Assembly (NCBI GenBank): GCA_965224245.1
Contig: CBDCYW010000016.1
Span: 1 to 38,411 of the forward strand
DNA from: Candidatus Eiseniibacteriota bacterium
GTDB lineage: Bacteria; Eisenbacteria; RBG-16-71-46; CAZAMP01
Reading direction: 5' to 3'
DNA length: 38,411 bases
Shown here: positions 9,205 to 18,758 of the stretch, piece after piece
Layout: every line of letters starts with the position of its first letter
Numbering within the stretch: position 1 is the stretch's first letter
Made by a program: the position numbers and the translations under genes
The notes under the pieces: generated by a model
What the model was told of the DNA's origin: nothing
Databases searched by the model: none
Seen by the model: the letters and a program-made list of their open reading frames with translations, nothing else

Positions 9205-9929
9205 TAGTACGCCTCCAGCTTAATAGATGTCGCGATGTACGTGGTACCCGTCCCGGTGTCCCCGGGCTTCTCCGCGATCTTGAGCCACAGGATTTCGTCA
9301 GTCGCGGCGGGGGTGTAGCTGAACGTGTGCGTGACCTTTTTGAATGCGTAGCTCGACGTCTCCGGCGTGAATGACACCGTCTCGTCCGTGTAGCTCCGGC
9401 CTGTCCCTGTAGCACTCCCGTCTACCGAACACGTCATGTCGTGCTGGCCGTCAGTCGCCGCAGACGACGCCGCAAAGAACGTGATGCGTAGCGTCGTTCT
9501 ACCCTCGAAGGTCCCCGGTATCTGCGTCGACCAGTAGCGATATGCACCACTCTCGTCCGTGAACGTCAGAACAGGGCCGTAGAACGTCCCGAGTCCAGTC
9601 AATCCAGCGTTGCCATTCGACAGTGACGCGAACAGCTGAACGAGAAGCGTGTCCGCCTGCGCCGAGTACCCGACCGTCCCGGCCGGCGTCGACTCCGTCC
9701 ACGCAGAGCCGGAATACGCAAGCACATCCCCCGACGACGGACTCGTGATCGTGACGTCTCCGAGATCGTCGAGGTCCGAGACGCCACCGCCGCCGGCCTG
9801 TATGCTGTCCTGAACGGCCGTGGACAGCTTCCCCCACGTCACCGCCCCGTCCTCGATCGTCGGGACCACGATGGACCCCGACAGCAGCACCACCGCAGCA
9901 AGCGCCGCGAGCGCGCGTCTAGTCCACAT
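9204..9929 (-). CDS. tail-fibre-like protein with N-terminal signal-peptide-like sequence
   Basis: IEDGAVTWGKL and LDDLGDVTITSPSSGDVLAYSGSAW motifs common in phage fibres; MWTRRALAALAAVVLLSG N-terminus. Confidence 0.6.
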   Translation of the reverse strand: MWTRRALAALAAVVLLSGSIVVPTIEDGAVTWGKLSTAVQDSIQAGGGGVSDLDDLGDVTITSPSSGDVLAYSGSAWTESTPAGTVGYSAQADTLLVQLFASLSNGNAGLTGLGTFYGPVLTFTDESGAYRYWSTQIPGTFEGRTTLRITFFAASSAATDGQHDMTCSVDGSATGTGRSYTDETVSFTPETSSYAFKKVTHTFSYTPAATDEILWLKIAEKPGDTGTGTTYIATSIKLEAY

Positions 9930-12321
9930 TGATCGCCTCCACCACGAACGGTTGATAGGGCCGCTCGGTTATGCGCGTGACGCGCCACTTCCGGCCGGAC
10001 CATGACGGCTCGGACTCAGAGCCCGCCGAGACGAACCCTGGATAGCGCATGATGTTGTCGAGGCTTGCGTCGGTCGTGAACACGTAACCGCTCTCGATCG
10101 CATCGCCGAACCCCATCGACGCCGACACCTGTATCGTGAGCCGCTGGGTGTGTAGCATGTCGAACCGCCGGACGCAGACATCCCACGCGCATCCGTTGTT
10201 ATTCACGTAGGGCAGTCGGTATATTGACTTACGACGGCCGTAGAGTTCCTGCGACGTATCGGCCAGCGCCTCGCGCGTCGTGTCCCTGGCGCCTGTATGG
10301 TTGAACGACTGAACGGTCCCGTTGTCGACCCACACCGACCGAAGGTATCTACCGCTGGCGGGGTCTAAGTCGTATTCGACATAAACCGCGTTGACCATGT
10401 CGTCCAGCGGCGTCATCCCCCATGTGATCCCGTTGTCCGGTATCTGGTAATCGTACAGGACGACGCCAGAAACATCGGCCCCCGTCTCGATCGGAATGGC
10501 GCGCCAAAGCGACGCGGAAGCCGAGTACCAGATGTGCGAGTACGTAGACTCGCAGAACCTGGCGACCATGTCCTCGAGCTTGGCGTCGGGATCTTTTTCG
10601 GCGATTGCCATCTTCCAGACAACGACCCCAGTGCTCGTGCTGGACGAGACGGACGTATCGAGGTCCGTTTGCCACGCCGTGAGACCACCATAACCCGACG
10701 TCTGATCGATGTCCCCTGATGCGATCGGCGTATCGTCGTCCGCCGTACCATCGACAAGCATGCGCTTCAACACCTCATCGGCGTCAGCACTCTCGTTTGC
10801 CGGCGTACCGATCTCGCGCGTCCCGTATCCCGTGAAGTACATCGACATGGCACGCTTGTCGTCGGCCGACTGGTCGACCGGACCAAGGAACAACTGACGC
10901 CGTGACGCGATGAAATAACGCACGCCGAACAGTGCCATATCAATCGTTCCAGCCGCGTCCCGCTTCTCGACGTAGATGTAATCCGCGCCAGATGCGCCGA
11001 AGTCATCATGCATGAAATAGTTCGCGCCCGATCCAGCATCCTGAACCTTGATGACCTGCCAATCCTCGTCGCCTGCGGTGATCGTCGTATCCGCATACGC
11101 CACGTTGCTTCCGTCTGCCACGTAACCAATCCGGACATCAACGTCATCCGCATCGTGGTCTGTGACGCGGACGATCGCGGCGATGCCGTGCGACGTGTAG
11201 CCATCGACTGGAACGTACTCTAGATCTGGGTCTACCATGCGACCGTAGTAGTGCTGTCCGGCTGTTGCGAACTTCGCTGTGCTCGTGGTTGTGGCGTATG
11301 TCGTCAGGTCGGAACGGTCTAGGGCGTTGCGCCAGTTGGTCCACGACGACTTGGTGGTGGAGTCCATAAGAAGCGGGTCCTCCACCGGGACAGCGAACCG
11401 GGCGGACGCTATGTATTCCTCGTCGGTGGCCGGAGACCCCGTCGTGTAGAAGTTCGCCGGGACGTAGTCAACCGAAACGGTACCCGCCGTCTCGTCAACA
11501 GTCCCGTACCCGCCACCGTTCGGGTCATATACGCGGTAGGGGTTATCCGGGTCTGTCGGGTGGGTCGCGTACAGGATAGCGGCAGCGTGTAGCGTGTCTG
11601 ATACAGACCCCGACGACACCCGGACCCTGATGCCGTCGTCGTCGTAGCCTTGGATATATGCCGGGGACGCGCCGCCGGAGATGTTGAACCAGTCGAAGTA
11701 CTCGTCGGTCGCGATCGCGTGAGTCCGGTTGAACCAGTGTTCCGCCTTGGTGCCAACGAACCCGCCGACGAACGGTACGACGGCTACACCTGGCATCTTC
11801 GACAGTGCCGGGTATCGGCGTGGGGAAAGCGTTACGACGGGCTCGTTGTCGGCCCAGAACTCGGGCATCGCTAAGATGGTGAACCCTTCCCTGGTGGCAC
11901 CTGGCGGTATGTCGTATATGCGTCCCGTGAACCGGGTCGCGTACATGGTCGAGCCAAGGGGAGCGCCGACCGACAGGGTATGCTCGTCCGCCTCGAATAT
12001 CGTGACGGACCCGCCTACCAAGTAGTACGCGTTCAGCATGTCGAGCACCGTATGGTCTAAGTCCTGGTCGAGTAGATGGACGTTCCGGATCTGGATACGT
12101 ACCGACGTCCGGTGGTATCCAGGAGCCAACAGCGACGCGACGGGGTGGAACATCGTATCCCACGACTCGACGCCATCGATATATTGGCCTGTCCCGATGC
12201 GTAGTGCCTCGTCGGATAGCCTTACCGTGACGGTCGCCGCGCCAGAGTTGAGCGTGAGCTGGGCAAACCACACCGGGCGACGAAACGCCCTCGCGGCTAC
12301 GTCTGAAAACGTCGCGCTCAT
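9919..12321 (-). CDS. baseplate hub / tail-tip (Tal-like) protein
   Basis: Position after the Dit-like gene; VNAVYVEYD...SQELYGRRK...LPYV C-terminal motif typical of tail-tip proteins; ATG 12321 overlaps the upstream stop. Confidence 0.6.
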   Translation of the reverse strand: MSATFSDVAARAFRRPVWFAQLTLNSGAATVTVRLSDEALRIGTGQYIDGVESWDTMFHPVASLLAPGYHRTSVRIQIRNVHLLDQDLDHTVLDMLNAYYLVGGSVTIFEADEHTLSVGAPLGSTMYATRFTGRIYDIPPGATREGFTILAMPEFWADNEPVVTLSPRRYPALSKMPGVAVVPFVGGFVGTKAEHWFNRTHAIATDEYFDWFNISGGASPAYIQGYDDDGIRVRVSSGSVSDTLHAAAILYATHPTDPDNPYRVYDPNGGGYGTVDETAGTVSVDYVPANFYTTGSPATDEEYIASARFAVPVEDPLLMDSTTKSSWTNWRNALDRSDLTTYATTTSTAKFATAGQHYYGRMVDPDLEYVPVDGYTSHGIAAIVRVTDHDADDVDVRIGYVADGSNVAYADTTITAGDEDWQVIKVQDAGSGANYFMHDDFGASGADYIYVEKRDAAGTIDMALFGVRYFIASRRQLFLGPVDQSADDKRAMSMYFTGYGTREIGTPANESADADEVLKRMLVDGTADDDTPIASGDIDQTSGYGGLTAWQTDLDTSVSSSTSTGVVVWKMAIAEKDPDAKLEDMVARFCESTYSHIWYSASASLWRAIPIETGADVSGVVLYDYQIPDNGITWGMTPLDDMVNAVYVEYDLDPASGRYLRSVWVDNGTVQSFNHTGARDTTREALADTSQELYGRRKSIYRLPYVNNNGCAWDVCVRRFDMLHTQRLTIQVSASMGFGDAIESGYVFTTDASLDNIMRYPGFVSAGSESEPSWSGRKWRVTRITERPYQPFVVEAINVD

Positions 12322-13226
12322 GTCAGCCCCGACGTCGGCAGGAACGTCCGAACAGCAAGCGACGCCTCCCATGTACCGGAACCGACCTGCTGTTCCTGGT
12401 AGGCCGTAACGCCGTCGAGCATCGCGAACCGACACCCCGCCGTGTAGTTGTCACCGGTCCCGCTCGTCGATGCGCCGTCGATGTACGTGTCGTCCGTCGT
12501 CGTCATACAGAACGGTTGTGTGCCGTTCGTCTGGTCGACGAAGTCCCGCATGTCCGCGAGCGCCGTGGAGTCCAGCAGAAAGCTCATCGTCGTCGCGCGG
12601 TATCGATGTCGCTGTCTAGACGAGTATATCCCACCCGTCTCGCCGGGGATCATAATGGACGGCAGCTCGGGCGTGCTGATAATGGGGTACGCCGGGTTCC
12701 CGATCTGGTCGAACGACAGGACGTTCCCGACGTAGCACTGTCCGATCTCGACATCGACGGCTGGGTCAGACCCCGTATACGAGAAACGGACCTCGATGTA
12801 CCGCTCAGACAACTTCGTGTCGAACTCGATCAGCACGTCGTCGTCGCTGTCCGGCACCCATGCGCCGATCTGAGTTTTTGACCCGTACGCGCTATCGTCG
12901 TCGGTGTACAGCGTCACAAGAATGCACTGAGACGAGTAGACCGTATGGTTGATGAGCGCTAGCCCGGTGTTGTCCTCGAGCCATCCCGACGGTGCGCCCG
13001 TGACTCCACGGTCGAACCTGAGCGCAAACGAGTCTTGGGTATACGTCGAAAGCACGGTACAGACCGACGCCCTGTTACCGTCGAATGCTTGCGCGGCTCC
13101 GAAGCCGGCCGGCGTATACGTCGACGTTACTGCGGTGTCTGAATGGTCTACGATGGACGGGGCGCCCGCACCGGGGACCCATGCGAGGTTCCGGTAAAGA
13201 ACGCGGTACAGAGACGAGGTCGCCAT
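12318..13226 (-). CDS. distal tail (Dit-like) protein
   Basis: Immediately after the tape measure gene; beta-rich, 302 aa. Confidence 0.5.
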   Translation of the reverse strand: MATSSLYRVLYRNLAWVPGAGAPSIVDHSDTAVTSTYTPAGFGAAQAFDGNRASVCTVLSTYTQDSFALRFDRGVTGAPSGWLEDNTGLALINHTVYSSQCILVTLYTDDDSAYGSKTQIGAWVPDSDDDVLIEFDTKLSERYIEVRFSYTGSDPAVDVEIGQCYVGNVLSFDQIGNPAYPIISTPELPSIMIPGETGGIYSSRQRHRYRATTMSFLLDSTALADMRDFVDQTNGTQPFCMTTTDDTYIDGASTSGTGDNYTAGCRFAMLDGVTAYQEQQVGSGTWEASLAVRTFLPTSGLT

Positions 13227-14851
13227 CAGGAAACCCCCACGATCCTGGCTTCGCGCTGGATGCGCTCCAGTTCACCCGACATGAATGCCGTGCGAGACGT
13301 CGGCGTCCCGATGAACGTCCCCGGCAGTTGGAACCCGCCGCCGCCTCCGCCGAAACCGAGCGACCTACCGACGGCCCCGAGGAACCCAGCCCCCTGACCG
13401 AGTCCAGGCACGAGCGACAGAAGCGCGTTCATCACGAGAGCGCGTGCAATGATCCGGTTGATGTCGCCGATCACCTGCTTCGCCACGTCCCGGAACACGT
13501 CGCCGAACTTGATCTTCGCGATGTTCCCGCCGTCGATCAACGTGTTCGTGACGGCCGTCAGACCGGACCCGATCAGGTTCACAGTCCCCACGACCGACGT
13601 CAGTTTCAAGTCGAGTTCCGTGGCGTCGGTCACGCTTTGTTTCCAGAGATCACGTTGGGTTTGCAGCATCTCGTTCATGTCGCCTAGACCCTGTAGCGAC
13701 CCTGCACCAGACACCCTGTCGATGCCGGGTGTTTGTCTGGCTCCGAACGACGGGACCATCGGACCGGAGAACGCGCCAAGCCCACCGAGTCCGGGCAGTG
13801 TGTCTAGGCCACGCAAGGCGGCCTCCTGCCGTGCCTCGATCGACGGACCCCGTGGTCCGCCGAATATCATAGACAACGCCGCGTGAGGGGACAGACGGCC
13901 AGCTTCGAACATCTCTCTGATCCTAGCGAGCGATTGTGGACCGGTCGTAATCGCGCCGAGGTTTAGCCTGCTACCGAGCGGCGCTGCAATCCCCGGCTGT
14001 GAGTACGGAAATGTGGTCGGAGTCCCAGCGAACTGACCACGGGCGCCGAAGATCATCGATAAAACCAACTGCACGACGTTGGCATCGCCTGCCGCGAAGT
14101 TCGCGGCCTGCTTGAAAAACTCCGTGAGGTCCGCCAACACTTGCGGCGCAACCACGTTCCGAAGTCCCTCAACTGACGCCTTGATGTCCGTCATGGCGTC
14201 GTTAAAGTCTGCGGCGCCCCTGGTCGCATCCTTATCGAGCGATACGCCGAGCTTCCGCGCGCGTTCGCGTAGCGCGTCCAGCGCCTCGCCACCTTGGCCG
14301 AGGATCTGAACCATTGCCACACCCTCGGAGTCGAACAGCTTCTGAGCCTCGTAGGTCCCGCGCCCCTCCTTCGCCAGATCGGCGAACCGATCGGCGAGCA
14401 CGGGTAGTAGGTCCTCGATACTGCGGTACCGACCGGCCAGGATGTCGGCCGATAGCCCCATCTGCTCGAAAACCGGTTGCGCTTCGCCCTTGCCCGTCTG
14501 TATGAACGTCTCTAGCCGCCGCTGCCCGCGCTGTAGCGCCATCTCCATCGCAGAGATAGACACGCCACTACGCTCGGCGGCATAGCCCATCTCCGAGACG
14601 AACTCGGTCGAGACCTTGAGGCGGTCGGCGAACTTGCCGACGTGGTCGGCTTCGGTGGCAAAGCGCCGTAACTGGTCAGCAGCGATACCAACGGCGGCTG
14701 CGACGCCGGCGGCACCAACAAACCGACCGGCGAGTTCTTTCGCTGATAGCCCAAGCCGCTTCGTCGACGACTCTGTATTCGAAAGTTCTCGCTTTGCCCG
14801 GTCCGCCCCGACGGTCTTTATGATAAGCTCAACGACGTTCTTTAGCGCCAC
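13226..14851 (-). CDS. tail tape measure protein (541 aa)
   Basis: VELIIKTVG start; KFADRLKVSTEFVSEMGYAAERSGVS and LRERARKLGVSL...AADFNDAM motifs; Ala/Gly-rich helical sequence. Confidence 0.85.
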   Translation of the reverse strand: MALKNVVELIIKTVGADRAKRELSNTESSTKRLGLSAKELAGRFVGAAGVAAAVGIAADQLRRFATEADHVGKFADRLKVSTEFVSEMGYAAERSGVSISAMEMALQRGQRRLETFIQTGKGEAQPVFEQMGLSADILAGRYRSIEDLLPVLADRFADLAKEGRGTYEAQKLFDSEGVAMVQILGQGGEALDALRERARKLGVSLDKDATRGAADFNDAMTDIKASVEGLRNVVAPQVLADLTEFFKQAANFAAGDANVVQLVLSMIFGARGQFAGTPTTFPYSQPGIAAPLGSRLNLGAITTGPQSLARIREMFEAGRLSPHAALSMIFGGPRGPSIEARQEAALRGLDTLPGLGGLGAFSGPMVPSFGARQTPGIDRVSGAGSLQGLGDMNEMLQTQRDLWKQSVTDATELDLKLTSVVGTVNLIGSGLTAVTNTLIDGGNIAKIKFGDVFRDVAKQVIGDINRIIARALVMNALLSLVPGLGQGAGFLGAVGRSLGFGGGGGGFQLPGTFIGTPTSRTAFMSGELERIQREARIVGVS

Positions 14852-14852
14852 G

Positions 14853-15053
14853 TCACACCTCGACCGACTTTGTGGGGAACAACATCCCGATGTCCTTCGC
14901 GTCGTCGGCTGTCGACATCATCGCCACCGCTTCGAGGAACATATCCCACAGGAACGGGAGCCATCCGATCTCGGGCACCTCAAGCAACTCCGACGCTCGT
15001 CGGCCCGTCCGCCGCGACAGCGCCATCACCATCCGGAAGGTCGCCGTTTCCAT
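14853..15053 (-). CDS. tail assembly chaperone frameshift extension (gpT-like)
   Basis: Overlaps the 3' end of the chaperone gene in the +1 frame and ends just before the tape measure gene. Confidence 0.55.
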   Translation of the reverse strand: METATFRMVMALSRRTGRRASELLEVPEIGWLPFLWDMFLEAVAMMSTADDAKDIGMLFPTKSVEV

Positions 15054-15522
15054 CGCGAAACCCGGCCATCGACGCAGCTGTCTCCGCCTCCGACGCCGCC
15101 TCGAGCATCTTGTCGAGCCCGGTTGATGCGTTGATGATCGCGACGCATAGCCGTTCCTGGTGTAGCTGCTCGATCGCGTACAACGGCACCGCGTCGTCGG
15201 GCACGTTGTCCTTGCGGTGGTCGACTACCTTCGGGTCGATGCACGCCGCCTCGATGATCCGCACTTGGATCTCGTTGGCGTCGTCACGCTCGGCCATCCG
15301 TTCGAGATCACCCTGAGCCTTCTCTAGTACCTTGGTCTCCTCTGCGTTCAGCCCGCCGTCGGTGCCGGACTTCCACGAGAGATATGCAGCCAATGCGGCG
15401 TTGAAGATCGGCCATGCTGCCTGGGGTAGATCGGCCTTCGAGAGCACCCGGTACTTGATCGTGCGCCCGTCGTCGAGGTCATAGACGCGCTCGGCGGCGG
15501 CTTTCCATGCTGCTACGTCCAT
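14980..15522 (-). CDS. tail assembly chaperone (gpG-like)
   Basis: Between tail tube and tape measure genes; ATG 15522 in a TGATG overlap. Confidence 0.65.
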   Translation of the reverse strand: MDVAAWKAAAERVYDLDDGRTIKYRVLSKADLPQAAWPIFNAALAAYLSWKSGTDGGLNAEETKVLEKAQGDLERMAERDDANEIQVRIIEAACIDPKVVDHRKDNVPDDAVPLYAIEQLHQERLCVAIINASTGLDKMLEAASEAETAASMAGFRDGNGDLPDGDGAVAADGPTSVGVA

Positions 15523-16574
15523 CAGTAGGTGTTGTCCTCCGCGTTCGAGAGTCGCCACGTAACGGGCGCCTGCGTCGCACCGGCACCCCACGCGCCATCG
15601 TCGATCGTGCCGAGGTCGGCCGCCTCGGAGACGCCATCGTGCCCCGAGAAGCTGACCGTGACCTCGATGTCACCGCGCTGGCTCTGCGTCGGCCATTCGC
15701 CCGTGATCTTGATGTCCGGGAAGTGCCACCGCCACTGACGCTGATTGACGTCGGCGGTTGCGCTGTTCTCGAACTCGATCGTCGCTTCGAGGCTGCCCGT
15801 GTGTGCCTGGAGATTGGCCAGAAACCCCGTGCCCGCCGACCAGTCGTAGAACTCATCGGACCAGTACATGCCGATCGACACGGATGCCGTCATCGGGTCG
15901 CCGACGATACGCGGAAGCCCGCGCGCCGAGGAGTCCGCCGCCGTGCCGCTGGGGTACCAGTGCGCCACGTGCGGGCGCGAGATCTCGGCGTTGAACGAGA
16001 ACACCTGGCCCGGGATGGCGACCCCGCCGATCGTCAGCGTCTTGAGCTGAGAGAGCAGGACCGGGTTGTTATCCGACAGGCTCGGCGTGACCGTCGCGTT
16101 GGTCAGCGTGATGAACGACCCCATGGTCTCGGCCGACACGATCAGCTCGCCGTTATCCTCGGCGCTGAACGACAGCCCGGTGAACATCAGCCCGTCGATG
16201 GTCTCGTTGCCGTCGTGCTTGTAGAGCTTGCACTGGTACGTCGGCAACGTGTCGGTCGGCCACAGGAAATGGTCGTAGAGCGTGACCGTGGTCAGATCGT
16301 CCTCTTTGCCGCCCATGATGCCGTAGAGAACGCGCACCATGTTGTCCCAATCGCAGACGATCGGGAGCGAGCCGTCGGCCGCAAGCGCGTACTGGATCGA
16401 ACGCCCCATACCTCGGGACGCCACACCGGAGCGGTCCCGGACGATACGCGTCTCGGTGATACTGCTACCACCTTCGCCGATCTCGATCTGTCCCGAGATC
16501 GCACCGCCGCCCGTCGTATCGCAATACGTCGAGCCTTCCCGCTGGAGCGTGAACACTCCGCCGTTTCCAGCCAT
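15522..16574 (-). CDS. major tail tube protein
   Basis: MAGNGGVFTLQREGSTY start; beta-rich, ~350 aa; canonical position. Confidence 0.75.
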   Translation of the reverse strand: MAGNGGVFTLQREGSTYCDTTGGGAISGQIEIGEGGSSITETRIVRDRSGVASRGMGRSIQYALAADGSLPIVCDWDNMVRVLYGIMGGKEDDLTTVTLYDHFLWPTDTLPTYQCKLYKHDGNETIDGLMFTGLSFSAEDNGELIVSAETMGSFITLTNATVTPSLSDNNPVLLSQLKTLTIGGVAIPGQVFSFNAEISRPHVAHWYPSGTAADSSARGLPRIVGDPMTASVSIGMYWSDEFYDWSAGTGFLANLQAHTGSLEATIEFENSATADVNQRQWRWHFPDIKITGEWPTQSQRGDIEVTVSFSGHDGVSEAADLGTIDDGAWGAGATQAPVTWRLSNAEDNTY

Positions 16575-16575
16575 G

Positions 16576-17070
16576 TTAGAAGTCCTCCGTGACCGAGACG
16601 GCCAGAGTGATGGCGACGTCTGCGACGCGCCGTTCCTCGTCGTGGTCGATGTCACCGAACCCGAACGCTACACTGGTGAGTTCGGTCTGCGTCACAAACG
16701 CGGCAAGCGTGGCCGTGGCCGCCGGCATGCCGTAACAAGAGTCGTAAGCAATCGCCGTCATCACGTCCCGGAACAGCCGCCCGATGTCGCGCCGCCGGTT
16801 GGCCGAGTCGACGAACCCGTGGATCACGACCGGGAGCTTGTAGCGCCAACGGGACGCCATGACGTTCTGATTATCGAAGTCCACGTCGTTCACCGACACC
16901 CACACCGACGCGGGGGCGCTCTTGGCCATCACCTCGTCGTCGGTCGGGATGCCCTCGTATGTCGACCCGGACAGGTCAAACCACGACGCCGCCGTGCCTG
17001 TGAGCTGGGTTGTGATCTGCGACATGATGGCCGAGATAACGGCCGTCGCACCCGACTCCTTAAGCGCCAT
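16576..17070 (-). CDS. tail terminator / tail completion protein
   Basis: 164 aa, directly upstream of the tail tube gene. Confidence 0.55.
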   Translation of the reverse strand: MALKESGATAVISAIMSQITTQLTGTAASWFDLSGSTYEGIPTDDEVMAKSAPASVWVSVNDVDFDNQNVMASRWRYKLPVVIHGFVDSANRRRDIGRLFRDVMTAIAYDSCYGMPAATATLAAFVTQTELTSVAFGFGDIDHDEERRVADVAITLAVSVTEDF

Positions 17071-17794
17071 GCCTCTTCGCTTTCTCTATCTTTTGCTTGA
17101 ATACCTTCGAGAACTCGTTGCCGAATGCCCGATTGATGACCTTCGACACGCGCGACCAGACGGGCCGCTTGGGTATCCGTACTGACCGCCTGAGCGCAAA
17201 GAACGGCGTAGGCTTCTCTCCAATCGGAGACGCACCGCTCGCAAATACGCGCGTCGTGCCCCGCTTTGCGAACAGTATCCCGTCCTTCACGAACGTGGTG
17301 AACGGGCGCCCCTTCGACCATGCCAGTATCACTTGGTCGCCGCGTGACCCACGGGAAACACCGGCCCTCGTAGATGCCGCCTTCCCCTTGTCTGCGTCCT
17401 TCGCGGCCTTTAGTGGAATAGCCAGGAAACGACCCTTGGACTGCTTCGTCGTGATGCGCCCACTTTGCAGACGCCCCGTGATAACGGTTCGTGTCCTCCC
17501 ACGTGGCGTTACTACGGCACCGTCCTCGTGGGCCGCTGCGTATTTGACGTCGGTACCGACTACCCACGAGACACCATCAGCTTTCTTTTCGCGTCTACTT
17601 GTCACAGACGAACGGAGAAACCCCGAGCGAGAATGCAACACGCGACCCCTGTAGTACCTGCGTTTCACTCGACCTTCGGCCGTGAGCGCCATCCTGGCGG
17701 TTACTTTTTCCTGCGCTGCCCGGAGTTCCGCGCGGGTGTCGTGTAGGAACGCCTCGGCGTTCTTGGTCACGACCTTCGTCACGACGCCGATCAT
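17060..17794 (-). CDS. neck / virion morphogenesis protein (HK97 gp10- or Mu gpG-like)
   Basis: RSGFLRSSV...VGTDVKYAAAHEDG...IPKRP motif; basic. Confidence 0.8.
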   Translation of the reverse strand: MIGVVTKVVTKNAEAFLHDTRAELRAAQEKVTARMALTAEGRVKRRYYRGRVLHSRSGFLRSSVTSRREKKADGVSWVVGTDVKYAAAHEDGAVVTPRGRTRTVITGRLQSGRITTKQSKGRFLAIPLKAAKDADKGKAASTRAGVSRGSRGDQVILAWSKGRPFTTFVKDGILFAKRGTTRVFASGASPIGEKPTPFFALRRSVRIPKRPVWSRVSKVINRAFGNEFSKVFKQKIEKAKRHGA

Positions 17795-18405
17795 TGGTAG
17801 TCACGCCTCCGGTACTTCTGATCCAGCACGGCCTTCACCGTCAGCGGCATCTCGCCGATCTTGAACGTCTGCGTCTGCCCGTCGCCTACCGTCGAGATGC
17901 TGTCATACAGGTGGCCTCGGCCCTCGAACCGAACCGCCCACAGGTGTTGCACGAACTCGATCGCCGCCTGTACCAGATCAGGCGGGAGCGTGGCTGTGGT
18001 TGTCGCTAGCCCCGTCGGCGTCGTGACGCGAATGTTCGCCGTACCCTGCGCGAAGATCCCGTCGCGTAGAAAGATGATGCCGTCCGCCGTGCCGTCGCCC
18101 GACGTCGCCGGGTTCAGCGTCGAGTCGGCCGTCCACGTCGTGCCGTCGCCCTCGAGGTACTCGATCGTGATGGACTCCGATGGGTAGCACGGCCAGTTGG
18201 GGAGCTTGATACGGCTCTCGCCGTTGCCGTTCAGCACGTAGGCGCGGGACGTCTTGAGGAACAACCGATTGCAGTAGTCCTCGATGCGCGAGGATGCGAC
18301 GTCGATCAGACGATTGAGGCGGTCGGTATCGTCGCCGACGGTGTCGTCTCGCTTGATCCAGTCCTGGACGTCATCGAGCGCGCACAGGTCCATCGACGCG
18401 GCCAT
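17791..18405 (-). CDS. head-tail connector (gp6/gp15-like adaptor)
   Basis: LCALDDVQDWI...LIDVASSRIEDYCNRLF...LPPDLVQAAIEFV...VKAVLDQKYRR. Confidence 0.8.
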   Translation of the reverse strand: MAASMDLCALDDVQDWIKRDDTVGDDTDRLNRLIDVASSRIEDYCNRLFLKTSRAYVLNGNGESRIKLPNWPCYPSESITIEYLEGDGTTWTADSTLNPATSGDGTADGIIFLRDGIFAQGTANIRVTTPTGLATTTATLPPDLVQAAIEFVQHLWAVRFEGRGHLYDSISTVGDGQTQTFKIGEMPLTVKAVLDQKYRRRDYQ

Positions 18406-18408
18406 GAT

Positions 18409-18687
18409 CTACTTCTTTCCCCATCGTCGAGCCGGCTTCGTTCGTGGCGCCTTGGTGGCCTTCTCGGCCTTCGGCTTCGGCTCGGCTGCCTCCGGCTCTG
18501 ACGCTTTCGCTTTCGGCTGCGCTTCCCCTTCGAACTCCAACCGTTCGGCGTCGACGCTGGCCTTCAGATACACCGCCAGCTCGTCGCTGACGTCGGTGTA
18601 GTGGTCGAACACGATCCGGACGAACCGGCCGAGCGTATGATCCTCGATCGTCAGCCGTCCCGGCTCTGTGAGCTTGCAACGTGGCAT
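18409..18687 (-). CDS. small hypothetical protein after the capsid gene
   Basis: RBS-like AAAGGACGGAG upstream of ATG 18687; Lys/Ala/Pro-rich tail. Confidence 0.6.
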   Translation of the reverse strand: MPRCKLTEPGRLTIEDHTLGRFVRIVFDHYTDVSDELAVYLKASVDAERLEFEGEAQPKAKASEPEAAEPKPKAEKATKAPRTKPARRWGKK

Positions 18688-18758
18688 CAGTTCTCCGTCC
18701 TTTCGATCAGGCGCCGAGCCGACGACCGACCCGGCGCCCATGCGCTACGCTACTCGTC

